From Leptogorgia sarmentosa (taxonomy: Eukaryota): a stretch of DNA of 64,000 bases. Location of the stretch: contig OZ210885.1 of assembly GCA_964658305.1 (NCBI GenBank), positions 12,834,001 to 12,898,000 of the forward strand, given 5' to 3'. The position numbers and the translations under genes were made by a program. Below are positions 24,370-33,288 of this stretch, piece by piece. Below the pieces are notes generated by a model that searched no databases, was not told the origin of the DNA, and worked only from the letters and a program-made list of their open reading frames with translations. How positions within the stretch are numbered: position 1 is the first letter of the stretch; each line of letters begins with the position of its first letter.

Positions 24370-24423
24370 CGACTCCATTGAAAACCTTCCGAAAAGAAAT
24401 ATACAAATAATGGATATTATTTT

Positions 24424-24464
24424 GTGGCCACAACGCAATGTACTAACCACTATACGATCACGGC
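24424..24464 (-). pseudogene. tRNA-His(GUG) 5' half
   Basis: Reverse complement GCCGTGATCGTATAGTGGTTAGTACATTGCGTTGTGGCCAC. Confidence 0.75.
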
Positions 24465-24556
24465 GACTTTGGAACGGCTGAGATATTACATTAATTAATC
24501 CCATATTTTTCTCCGTCAGTACAAAGTACATTAGAGCACATTTTGATACCATCAAA

Positions 24557-24628
24557 GGCTTGCTGGTCTAGTGGTATGATTCTCGCTTAGGGTGCGAGAG
24601 GTCACGTGTTCGATTCCCGTGCAAGCCC
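24557..24628 (+). tRNA. tRNA-Pro(AGG), with a T-stem mismatch
   Basis: GGCTTGCTGGTCTAGTGGTATGATTCTCGCTT-AGG-GTGCGAGAGGTCACGTGTTCGATTCCCGTGCAAGCCC. Confidence 0.85.
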
Positions 24629-24746
24629 TAGTTAATTAACCAACTGGTCTCTTTTTTTGAAAGCTTTCGTAAGTCCTTAGAAAACCCCGCGCAAAAAAAT
24701 CGGTTACATTTACCCTCACCACGTGTGAATAACATCACACCAAACA

Positions 24747-24770
24747 CGTCCCTGGTTGGATTCTAACCAA

Positions 24771-24801
<31 letters not shown>

Positions 24802-24820
24802 ACGATTGCGCCACAGAGAC
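24747..24820 (-). tRNA. tRNA-Asn(GUU), degenerate (mutated T-loop/B box)
   Basis: Reverse complement GTCTCTGTGGCGCAATCGTTTAGCGCGTTCGGCT-GTT-AACCGAAAGG...GGTTAGAATCC...GGGACG. Confidence 0.75.
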
Positions 24821-24829
24821 TGACTCCAT

Positions 24830-25533
24830 CAGTGGCGGCGCCAGGCCTCAGAATTTGGGGGGGCATTTGAGGGGCAAAGTCATATTTTGGGGGGGCAAAA
24901 TAGAATTTTTAAAGGTACTGTTATTTGCCCATGTATGATGACACAAAATAATCGTTTTTTATGCATAATTTTTATTATTTTAACGAATATATCAACTTCG
25001 TTACAGTTATTAGTCAACAATGTGAAGAAACATAATGTAAACTTAACATTTTTAAATACACTTTTACGGCTATAGTGTATAACAAATTTTAATGCCATTT
25101 AGACAAGTGTATAATTCGGCACCTCGGAAACTTTTGAATAAGCCTATCCACAACCTTTTCCAAATCAATACTTAGTGCTCTTTTTCGATTCTGTAAATGC
25201 TGTTTACTGTTAAGAATTTAACCTAGAGTTGGACATTCTGGTTCTTAAATGGTTTTTGATTATTTTTAATTTGCTAAATGTTCTTTCACATCCCGCAGTA
25301 CTAACCGGAAGGGTCATAGCAATTTTGACAGCTTTACAGAGTTCCGAAAATGCTAAGTTTAAAGGATTTAAAAATTCCGCAAATTTAGATCCGACTTGGT
25401 CGCATGAATCCAGGCTTGTGTAGCCTTTAGTCGTTCTCAGTCACTAATAATTTAGGGGGGCAAAATGGGGGGGCAGAAAATAATTTTGGGGAGGCATTTG
25501 CCCCCCTTGCCCCCCCCCCTGGCCCCGCCACTG
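24830..25533. mobile_element. hAT-type MITE inserted 9 bp upstream of a tRNA-Asn gene
   Basis: TIR CAGTGGCGG(C/G)GCCAGG; 8-bp TSD GACTCCAT at 24822-24829 and 25534-25541. Empty sites occur in paralogous units at ~24371 and ~29992. Confidence 0.9.
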
Positions 25534-25795
25534 GACTCCATTGAAAACCTTTCGAAAAGAAATACAAAAATAATGGATATTACTGTTTAACAACATACAC
25601 TCGTGAGTTTTCCAAAGACCCCAAACAGCACCCGTCCTTCGGAGTCGAGTTAGAAGTTGAAAACTTTGCTTTAAAAAAGTTTCTTAGTGAACTTCTTTTT
25701 ATAACTTTTCTCTTTTTTTCTCCTTTATTGCATCCTGTAACACCAAAATTTTCCCAAATACATTGTGCACAGAAAATCTTGAAAATTTGCTGTTG

Positions 25796-25877
25796 CGTGG
25801 TCGGCAGGGTTTGAACCTGCGCGGGAAACTCCCAACAGATTTCAAGTCTGTCCCCTTAACCACTCGGCCACGACTAC
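25796..25877 (-). tRNA. tRNA-Ser(UGA), with several substitutions
   Basis: Reverse complement GTAGTCGTGGCCGAGTGGTTAAGG..ACAGACT-TGA-AATCTGT, long variable arm, GGTTCAAACC. Confidence 0.85.
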
Positions 25878-26090
25878 GTTGGCATTAATCTTGGCTTGCA
25901 CTTCGAACTGAATAAATCTTCAATCTGCCAGTAAAATCCAACAAGATATTTTAGTACTTCACAGAAGGACTTATCGTTTTCAAGTATTGGGGGATATATT
26001 TAACACGAATGGTAGTATATGCATCTTAACCCTTTGGGTTGCATTTTTTCCCATGAATTTGAAAGCTTTCCAGTTTATAGGTATGATAAG

Positions 26091-26162
26091 AAGGAGCGGG
26101 CGGATTTGAACCACCGACCTCTCGATCTGCAGTCGAATGCTCTACCACTGAGCTACACTCCC
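26091..26162 (-). tRNA. tRNA-Cys(GCA)
   Basis: Reverse complement GGGAGTGTAGCTCAGTGGTAGAGCATTCGACT-GCA-GATCGAGAGGTCGGTGGTTCAAATCCGCCCGCTCCTT. Confidence 0.9.
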
Positions 26163-26432
26163 TGTGTTCTCTACTAGGTTAATTACGTACATATACTTTC
26201 AAACGCAGCTATAATCAATTCACGGACCTCTTTTTTTTCAATTTTACATTCAAAAACAAAATCATTTTTGGCTTGTTTCATAACCTTATTACAAAAAAAA
26301 ACGCGACTTCTCGAATCTGTCACTTTAAACACTCATCGCCACCACCACCGAGAACAGAATCTCTTCTTATCAAGTTTTTCCCAAAAAAATCATGTTTGCA
26401 TTCGAGGCAAAAATTTTGAAGACTTTGCATAA

Positions 26433-26514
26433 CGTAGTCGGCAGGATTTGAACCTGCCCGGGAAACTCCTAACAGATTTCTAGTCTGTCGCCTCAACTGC
26501 TCGGCCACGACTAC
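26433..26514 (-). tRNA. tRNA-Ser(AGA), degenerate D-loop
   Basis: Reverse complement GTAGTCGTGGCCGAGCAGTTGAGGCGACAGACT-AGA-AATCTGT...GGTTCAAATCCTGCCGACTACG. Confidence 0.8.
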
Positions 26515-26589
26515 GTTGCTACAACCAACAGGTTTCCCGTTGCTCAACTAAACATTCACGTCTACCACTCACCAACACTCTCAGCGCTA

Positions 26590-26944
26590 AATTGATTGGC
26601 TAAAAAGCTTCAACAACTGTGCGAATTAAACATTACCTATTACACAGGTGTGTAATTAATTTTTCAAATACCACGGTTTCGAGCCCGCGATATGCGAGCG
26701 GTAAACTTAAAAACAAGTAAAACTACAATAAAATTTTCGTTTCTCGTATACTTTTATAGGATGGATTTTCATTTGTTTGATATTGAAATTGCACTGAAAT
26801 TGACTACAATGATATTAAAAGAAATTACACGTGTTCTCGAAGTATTAATAAAAAATTGCACTTATGTTTGGCGAAATACCGCGAAATATTTCGCCAAACA
26901 AGCGTGCAATTTTCAATTAATACTTCTCGAACCGCGTAATTTCC
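26590..26944 (-). mobile_element. Crypton-like hairpin repeat (same family as 40666-40975 and 55703-56060)
   Basis: Reverse-complement match to GGAAATTACACGGTTCGAGAAGTATTAATGAAAAATTGCAC and GCTTTTTAGCCAATCA, with a long internal hairpin. Confidence 0.65.
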
Positions 26945-27374
26945 CATACAAAATGGCTGGGACGTGCGAACGATTTTGCAAAGATACACGACTTGCAGTT
27001 ACTTTTACCAGTGCATGCATGTTTTTTATCAACATGTTTTTTATCTAAATTGGAAAAGCATCTGAATCCCACTCCTGCATCTTGGTGCACTACACGAGAA
27101 GTATAGCAATTCCTCAATTTCACCCTCCCAATAATCAACAAGATAATACAAAAACAACATAAACATAGTATTTCCGATGACCATTGAAAATTCGTAATGG
27201 TTTTAAAATCGTTCGATTTTAACTGCGATTGACACAAAAACTTCCAATAAAATAATGTGTACCTGCGTCACGTATTCAGCTCACGTCAGTTGTCAAGAGG
27301 TAATCAGTACGGGATGTGGCATGTTGAAGGTATCAAAGAATAAATTTGGTAGGAAATTCCCTGTTTTCATGTGT

Positions 27375-27498
27375 GTCAGCATGGCCGAGTGGTCTAAGGC
27401 GCCAGACTCAAGTGCAAAAACTTGTCACGACCAACCTTGACATAATAGGGCGTTCTGGTCCACACATGTGGTCGTCGGTTCCAAACCCGCTCCTGACA
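27375..27498 (+). tRNA. Intron-containing tRNA-Leu(CAA), degenerate
   Basis: GTCAGCATGGCCGAGTGGTCTAAGGCGCCAGACT-CAA-G, then a 40-nt intron at ~27413-27452, then TTCTGG...CCTGACA. There are mismatches in the acceptor stem and T arm. Confidence 0.8.
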
Positions 27499-27641
27499 AC
27501 AAATTTACCAAAAAATTTAAGAGCATTCCTTTTCAAAGCTGATCTATTTACACAAATTCGATATCACCAAGAATATTTTTCTGGTTTTTACTGAAAAATT
27601 CCAAAGAAAAAAATATCTGCAGTTAAAAAAGCTCATATGTA

Positions 27642-27714
27642 TGTTTCCGCCCAGGTTCGAACTGAGGACCTTGCGCGTGTTAAGCGCATGTGATAACCAC
27701 TACACTACGGAAAC
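27642..27714 (-). tRNA. tRNA-Val(AAC)
   Basis: Reverse complement GTTTCCGTAGTGTAGTGGTTATCACATGCGCTT-AAC-ACGCGCAAGGTCCTCAGTTCGAACCTGGGCGGAAACA. Confidence 0.9.
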
Positions 27715-27824
27715 TGACCAACGCGCAAACATGGAAATAGATGTATTCACTTTAATTAATTTTTGTCGTGTTTTATTGAAAATTTCCAGGGAAAAAAATA
27801 TCCAGTTAAAAAAGCTCATATGTA

Positions 27825-27897
27825 TGTTTCCGCCCAGGATTGAACTGAGGACCTTCCGCGTGTTAAGGGCATGTGATAACCACTACACTACGGAAAC
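27825..27897 (-). tRNA. tRNA-Val(AAC) tandem copy, degenerate
   Basis: Tandem duplicate of the previous gene at 183-bp offset, with anticodon-stem and T-loop substitutions. Confidence 0.75.
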
Positions 27898-28211
27898 TGA
27901 CATATGCACAAAATAATTCAGTTAAATTTAATTAGACAATTATTGTTCGAAATTTGTGGTGCCATTTCGTGGTTTTAAGTTACAACTTTCACACAGGAAG
28001 TCAATACGCGAGGAACTTGTAACAGGAAGTGAGGAACTTCTAACAGACTTATCGACTCTGGGAGTAATCGTTTGTCAAAGATAGAAAACCAGGACATAAT
28101 TTCAATTTTAATCATTTTGCAATATGAATGAATTAGTGAAGAATAGCGAAGGTAAATTAGGTAATAAAATTCAACGGCAAGCTTCTGAAATCAACACGCA
28201 GTTGTCAACGT

Positions 28212-28296
28212 GCCTTATTAGCTCAGGGGTTAGAGCACTGGTCTAGTAAAACAGCTAGTAAACCAGGGGTCCAGAGTTCAAATCTCTGATGAAGCT
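28212..28296 (+). pseudogene. tRNA-Thr(AGU) with a 12-nt internal duplication
   Basis: GCCTTATTAGCTCAGGGGTTAGAGCACTGGT-CTAGTAAAACAG-CTAGTAAACCAG-GGGTCCAGAGTTCAAATCTCTGATGAAGCT. Confidence 0.8.
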
Positions 28297-28459
28297 CAAT
28301 TCTTCTCGATTTCTTCGAAGCACGGTGAAGACAATTGCCACAAATATGTTGCATGAGGTATGTCCAAGATGTGGACACTAGCTGACACTGATCAAATAAA
28401 AACCTAATCAAAGAGCCTTATGTACGATAAAGCATTTTAGAAGGTTTCACCTGCAGGTC

Positions 28460-28541
28460 GCCTCATTAGCTCAGGGGTTAGAGCACTGGTTTCGTAAATC
28501 AGGGGAATCAGGGGTCCAGAGTTCAAATCTCTGATGAGGCT
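28460..28541 (+). pseudogene. tRNA-Thr(CGU) with a 9-nt internal duplication
   Basis: GCCTCATTAGCTCAGGGGTTAGAGCACTGGTTT-CGT-A-AATCAGGGG-AATCAGGGG-TCCAGAGTTCAAATCTCTGATGAGGCT. Confidence 0.8.
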
Positions 28542-28982
28542 CAATTTCTCTCGATTTCTTCGAAGCACGGTGAAGACAATTGCCACGAATATGTTACATG
28601 AGGTATATCCAAGATGTGGACACTGTTCAAATAAAAAACCTAATCAAAGAGCCTTATGTACGATAAAGCATCTTAGAAGGTTTCACCTGCACCTAAATCT
28701 CTGAAGGGGTTCAAATATATCACTACGATCGATACGAAAAATCGTTCTATTTGTTTTGAGAAAGTAATAAAACTTTGAAAGGGACTCATCAATTCCACTT
28801 AATTGAAATCTGTTTCTTCTAAAGTCTGGAAGTAATCGTTTGTCAAAGAAAGAAAACAAGGAAATAATTGCTATTTTAATAATTTTGCAACATGAAGTGA
28901 ATTAGTGAAGAATTGCAAAATTAATGAAAGTCAACGCCAAGCTTCTTATGTGAATATTATAACGAAAGAATTTGGCAACTTT

Positions 28983-29053
28983 GCGTTGGTGGTTCAGTGG
29001 TAGAATTCTCGCCTGCCACGCGGGAGACCGGGGTTCGATTCCCCGCTAACGCA
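28983..29053 (+). tRNA. tRNA-Gly(GCC)
   Basis: GCGTTGGTGGTTCAGTGGTAGAATTCTCGCCT-GCC-ACGCGGGAGACCGGGGTTCGATTCCCCGCTAACGCA, followed by a TTTT terminator. Confidence 0.92.
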
Positions 29054-29137
29054 GATTATTTTCATTTTGTTGCATTTCAACTTCAACACGAGAAACAAAC
29101 TGTCTTTGTAACACAGGAATAGTCAACAAGTTATCAC

Positions 29138-29209
29138 TCCCATGTGGTCTAGTAGTTCGGATCTGGCGTTTTCACCGCCATGGCCCGGGTTCGATTCCCG
29201 GCGTGGGAA
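29138..29209 (+). tRNA. tRNA-Glu(UUC)
   Basis: TCCCATGTGGTCTAGT..GGATCTGGCGTT-TTC-ACCGCCATGGCCCGGGTTCGATTCCCGGCGTGGGAA, followed by an oligo-T run. Confidence 0.88.
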
Positions 29210-29345
29210 TTTTTTCCCAAAATTTCAATTTGAAGCAGCTTGTTTTCACATTTGCAAAAACGTTCTCCGAAACCAAACCATTTTAACAGCGGTACTACGC
29301 TATTAATTTTGCCAAATAGCTACATTCTAGAAAAAATTTGCTGTG

Positions 29346-29426
29346 CGTAGTCGGGAGGATTTGAACCTGTGCGGAATTTCCCAACAGATTTCAAGTCTGT
29401 CGCCTTAACCACTCGGCCACGACTAC
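29346..29426 (-). tRNA. tRNA-Ser(UGA), degenerate
   Basis: Paralog of 25796-25877 with shared flanks. Confidence 0.8.
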
Positions 29427-29718
29427 GTTGGCATTAATATTGGCTTGCACTTCGAAATGAAAAGATCTTCAATCTGTCAGTAAAATCCAACAAAATATTG
29501 CAGTAATTAACAACAGGACTACTCGTCTTCAAGCATTTGCGGATATATTTAACACGAATGGTAGTATATCCATCTTAACCCCCTGGGTCGTTAAAATACA
29601 GCAATAATGCATACTATGTTTTCACCAAAATCTGATTGGAAAATGTTTTGGAAACATTAATCCCAAATTTTTCTTCGTCACTACAAAATACATTAGAAAA
29701 CAATTTGATGTCATCAAT

Positions 29719-29790
29719 GGCTTGCTGGTCTAGTGGTATGATTCTCGCTTTGGGTGCGAGAGGTCACGGGTTCGATTCCCGTGCAAGCCC
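29719..29790 (+). tRNA. tRNA-Pro(UGG)
   Basis: Intact cloverleaf GGCTTGC...CTCGCTT-TGG-GTGCGAG...ACGGGTTCGATTCCCGTGCAAGCCC. Confidence 0.92.
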
Positions 29791-29907
29791 TAGTTAATTA
29801 ACCAAGTAAGATGTTCTCTTTTTTTGAAAGCTTCCATAAATCATTAGAAAACCCCGCGTAAAAATTTCGGTTACATTTACCGTCAGGACGTCTGAAGACA
29901 CCAAACA

Positions 29908-29990
29908 CGTCCCTGGTTGGACTCGAACCAACAACCTTTCGATTAACAGCCGAACGAGCCGAACGCGCTAACCTATTGCGCCACAGAGAC
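29908..29990 (-). pseudogene. tRNA-Asn(GUU) with a 9-nt internal duplication
   Basis: AGCCGAACG is repeated at 29948-29965 relative to its paralogs. Confidence 0.8.
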
Positions 29991-30158
29991 TGACTCCATT
30001 GAAAAGCTTTCGAAAAGACATATGAAAATAATGGATATTATTTTTGGTCAAAAATCTCATTTTTTGCCCAGGCACATCCAACGGCAATAATGAACAGAAC
30101 TTCAACGGCGACGATGCTCGTAATGGTGAATACAATACTTTTTGCTGTTTGACACAGA

Positions 30159-30179
30159 TGCCGTGACCAGGATTCGAAC
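30159..30179 (-). pseudogene. tRNA-His 3' fragment
   Basis: Reverse complement GTTCGAATCCTGGTCACGGCA; it can pair with the GCCGTGA acceptor strand at 24464. Confidence 0.6.
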
Positions 30180-30307
30180 GTTTTCAAGTATTGGTGGGTA
30201 TATTTAACACGAATCGTAGTATATACATCGTAACCCTTTGGGTGACATATTTCCCATCAGCCCGCTTTGAGGAATTTGAAAGTTTTCCAGTTTTTATGTG
30301 TGATAAG

Positions 30308-30379
30308 AAGGAACGGGCGGGTTTGAACCACCGACCTCTCGATCTGCAGTCGAATGCTCTACCACTGAGCTACACTCCC
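30308..30379 (-). tRNA. tRNA-Cys(GCA)
   Basis: Paralog of 26091-26162 with shared flanks. Confidence 0.85.
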
Positions 30380-30681
30380 TGTGTAGTCTACTAGGTTAAT
30401 TATGTACATATACTTTCAAACGCAGCTATAATCAATTCACGGACCTTTGTTCTTTCAATTTTACATTCAAATACAAAATCTTTCTTGCATGTTTCATAAC
30501 CTTAATGCAATAAAAAACGGGACTTCTTTCCGTTCTTTTTGTAGATGGAAAACTTGGCATTGAATCTGTCACTTTAAACACTCAGCCACCACCACAGAGA
30601 ACACAACTTCCTGTCATCGAGCTTTTTCCCAAAACAATTCATGTTTATCTTCGAGGCCAAAATTTTCAAGACTTTGCATAA

Positions 30682-30763
30682 CGTAGTCGGCAGGATTTGA
30701 ATGTGCGCGGGAAACTCCCAACAGATTTCTAGTCTGTCGCCTTAACCGCTCGGCCACGACTAC
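30682..30763 (-). tRNA. tRNA-Ser(AGA), T-stem mutated
   Basis: Paralog of 26433-26514; anticodon AGA. Confidence 0.8.
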
Positions 30764-31086
30764 GTTGCTACAACCAACCGATTTCACGTTGTTCATTAAT
30801 GAACATTCACATCCATCTTCAACTGACCTACACACTCTCAGCGCTACACTCTGAACAATAGAAACTTTCTATTTTGAGGTCTTTGCAAAACTCACTCGTG
30901 CAAGTTAATTCCAAATTCCACTCGAAACCATTCTATTAGCAATACTTATTTTTTTTCCAAACGTAGTGAAATGGTGGAAAGATATGAAACTTGAACTAAA
31001 ATATATAGAATGCTACCTACCTGTGCAGGAACATGCCTGAATTTGCCTGAAGCCACATTTTACCTCCAGACAAGGGCGTCAACTTT

Positions 31087-31157
31087 GCGTTGGTGGTTCA
31101 GTGGTAGAATTCTCGCCTGCCACCCTTGAGACCGAGGCTTGATTGACAGCAAACGCA
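31087..31157 (+). pseudogene. tRNA-Gly(GCC) pseudogene
   Basis: The 5' half is identical to the gene at 28983; the 3' half is heavily mutated. Confidence 0.75.
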
Positions 31158-31235
31158 GAATGTCTTCATTTTGTTACATTTCAACTCGAGAAAAAATGTG
31201 GGTTCATAACACAGACATGATCATGAAATTGTAAC

Positions 31236-31307
31236 TCCCATGTGGTCCAGTGGTTAGGATCTGGTGTTTTCACCGCCATGGCCCGGGTTCGATTCCCAGC
31301 GTGGGAA
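31236..31307 (+). tRNA. tRNA-Glu(UUC)
   Basis: TCCCATGTGGTCCAGTGGTTAGGATCTGGTGTT-TTC-ACCGCCATGGCCCGGGTTCGATTCCCAGCGTGGGAA, followed by an oligo-T run. Confidence 0.85.
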
Positions 31308-31787
31308 TTTTTTCTGACAATTTCTATTTGGAACAGTTTGTCTTCACATATTCAATCTCGCCCGAGACTGGGATTAGATTCCCTGCTAACGCAGAATATT
31401 ATCATTCTGACGAGTTTAAAATTCAAATGCAACACTAGAAAAACGTAGATTTGTAACAAAGACATATAAATTTTATCCAGGAAAGTAAAATTAATATTTT
31501 CTGATATCACCGTCACTTATGAAAACTATTTGACGGCCGTAAACTATTTGATTGTGGACGGAGTTTTTGCATTGGTTTATAAATTCTTGATTTTTACTCT
31601 TTATAATTTTATTGGGAAAATGAGCTTTTAACAGAATATCCCTTTAGGAATTAATTTTACAAGCTCCCCTTCGCATTAATTTCGTTCTTGGATCAATGTG
31701 TTTCAATCAACTCTGGATAAAAAAAAGGAAGGCGGAATAGAAAGGTAATAAAATTCGCAGCATTTTAAAATATTCAAATGTCAAAAT

Positions 31788-31876
31788 ATGTTCCGCCGAG
31801 ACTTGAACTCTTGAACTCGGATCGCTGGATTCAAAGTCCAAAGAGTCCAAAGTGCTAACCATTACACCACAGAACC
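31788..31876 (-). pseudogene. tRNA-Gln(UUG) with two internal duplications (8 and 9 nt)
   Basis: Reverse complement GGTTCTGTGGTGTAATGGTTAGCACTTTGGACT..TTG-AATCCAG. TTGAACTC is doubled at 31803-31818 and AGTCCAAAG at 31835-31852. Confidence 0.8.
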
Positions 31877-32004
31877 TTAACACAATCTTGATAAAGTTTC
31901 CCAATTCTTTAACGTTTCTGCCTTTCTTTCACAGCAAAAGGAACACTCCTCAATGGCGGACGTGGATATTTACAGAACACGAATCATGTATCCTACACGT
32001 CACA

Positions 32005-32086
32005 GGTAGCGTAGCCGAGTGGTCTAAGGCACTGGTCTCAGGCACCAGTCATTTTGATGACGTGGGTTCGAATCTCACCGCTGCCA
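32005..32086 (+). tRNA. tRNA-Leu(CAG)
   Basis: GGTAGCGTAGCCGAGTGGTCTAAGGCACTGGTCT-CAG-GCACCAGTCATTTTGATGACGTGGGTTCGAATCTCACCGCTGCCA. Confidence 0.88.
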
Positions 32087-32538
32087 AATTTTGGTTGTTC
32101 ATGGCTGTATTCGTTTATTGAGCTGATATAAGTTTCACAAGCTGAAGGCTTTGAACCAAATATGGAAAAACTCGTAATTATATCCATGGTTGAACAAGAG
32201 TAAAATTGATATTTTATGGTATCATCCTCCTTTGCCCAAAACTATTTGATTCCCACAAACCATTTCATGATGGACAGACTTTTTGCATTGGTTTCCATAA
32301 TTTTTCAATCGTTTCTAATTTCCTTCGTTAAAGAACTTCTATAACACAGTCTTGCTTTTGTAACTAAAATAAGAAATTCACCTTCGCATCAATTGTTCTT
32401 CCTCGATTATTTCTTTCACTACCTTATACAATGTTTTAATTCGCCTGTTTGATAAAGGCTCTGCCGAGATATTACATTAATCCCAGATTTTTATTCGTCA
32501 GTACAAAGTACATTAGAGAACTTTTTGATATCATGAAT

Positions 32539-32610
32539 GACTTGCTGGTCTAGTGGTATGATTCTCGCTTTGGGTGCGAGAGGTCACGGGTTCGATTCCC
32601 GTGCAAGCCC
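32539..32610 (+). tRNA. tRNA-Pro(UGG)
   Basis: Paralog of the gene at 29719 with one acceptor-stem substitution. Confidence 0.85.
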
Positions 32611-32718
32611 ATTTAATTATAAACCAAGACGTTCTCTTTTTTGAAAGCTTACAAAACCCCGCGCAAAAGATTCGATAACATTTACCGTCACGCCATCTGT
32701 ATAACATCACACCAAACA

Positions 32719-32743
32719 CGTCCCTGGTTGGACTCGAACCAAA

Positions 32744-32786
<43 letters not shown>

Positions 32787-32792
32787 AAAGAC
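32719..32792 (-). tRNA. tRNA-Asn(GUU)
   Basis: Reverse complement GTCTTTGTGGCGCAATCGGTTAGCGCGTTCGGCT-GTT-AACCGAAAGG..TGGTTCGAGTCCAACCAGGGACG. Confidence 0.85.
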
Positions 32793-33288
32793 CTACTCCA
32801 TTGAAAACCTTCCGAAAAGAAATATAAAAATAACGGATATTATTTTGGTCAAAATCTGTTTTTTGGCCAAGCCACATCCAAATGCAATAATAAACACAAC
32901 TTCAACGGTGACGATGCCCGCAATGATGATTACAATAAAAGCAAAAGCTCCTCCTCTGTGAAAGGTTGCGAAGATGCATACGCAGAAATCACGCAATAGC
33001 ATAATAGCTCAAATGAATACATAAACGTCACAAAATTGATAAAAACGCATCTTAAAAACGGCAAAGCAAAAAGTAAAAAATGATATAATTCCTTTTTCTA
33101 GGCGGTTCACGAAATGTCAAGATCGGGACCATTCCTGACCTTTAATTTTTCCATTTTATATATTCTTTATAATTATAACCCTAAATGTTTGATGTGTGAC
33201 AGCTGTAAGCTGAACCCTAATGCATGGGCTTACACTCAAGTGAGATCAGCTTTAACTTGTCGCCGAATGTCGGTAGCTGGGTATGCGT

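Noticed and set aside
25796..25877. Selenocysteine or opal-suppressor tRNA
   Set aside because: The gene is on the minus strand with anticodon UGA (Ser), not UCA, and its body is a standard Ser tRNA.
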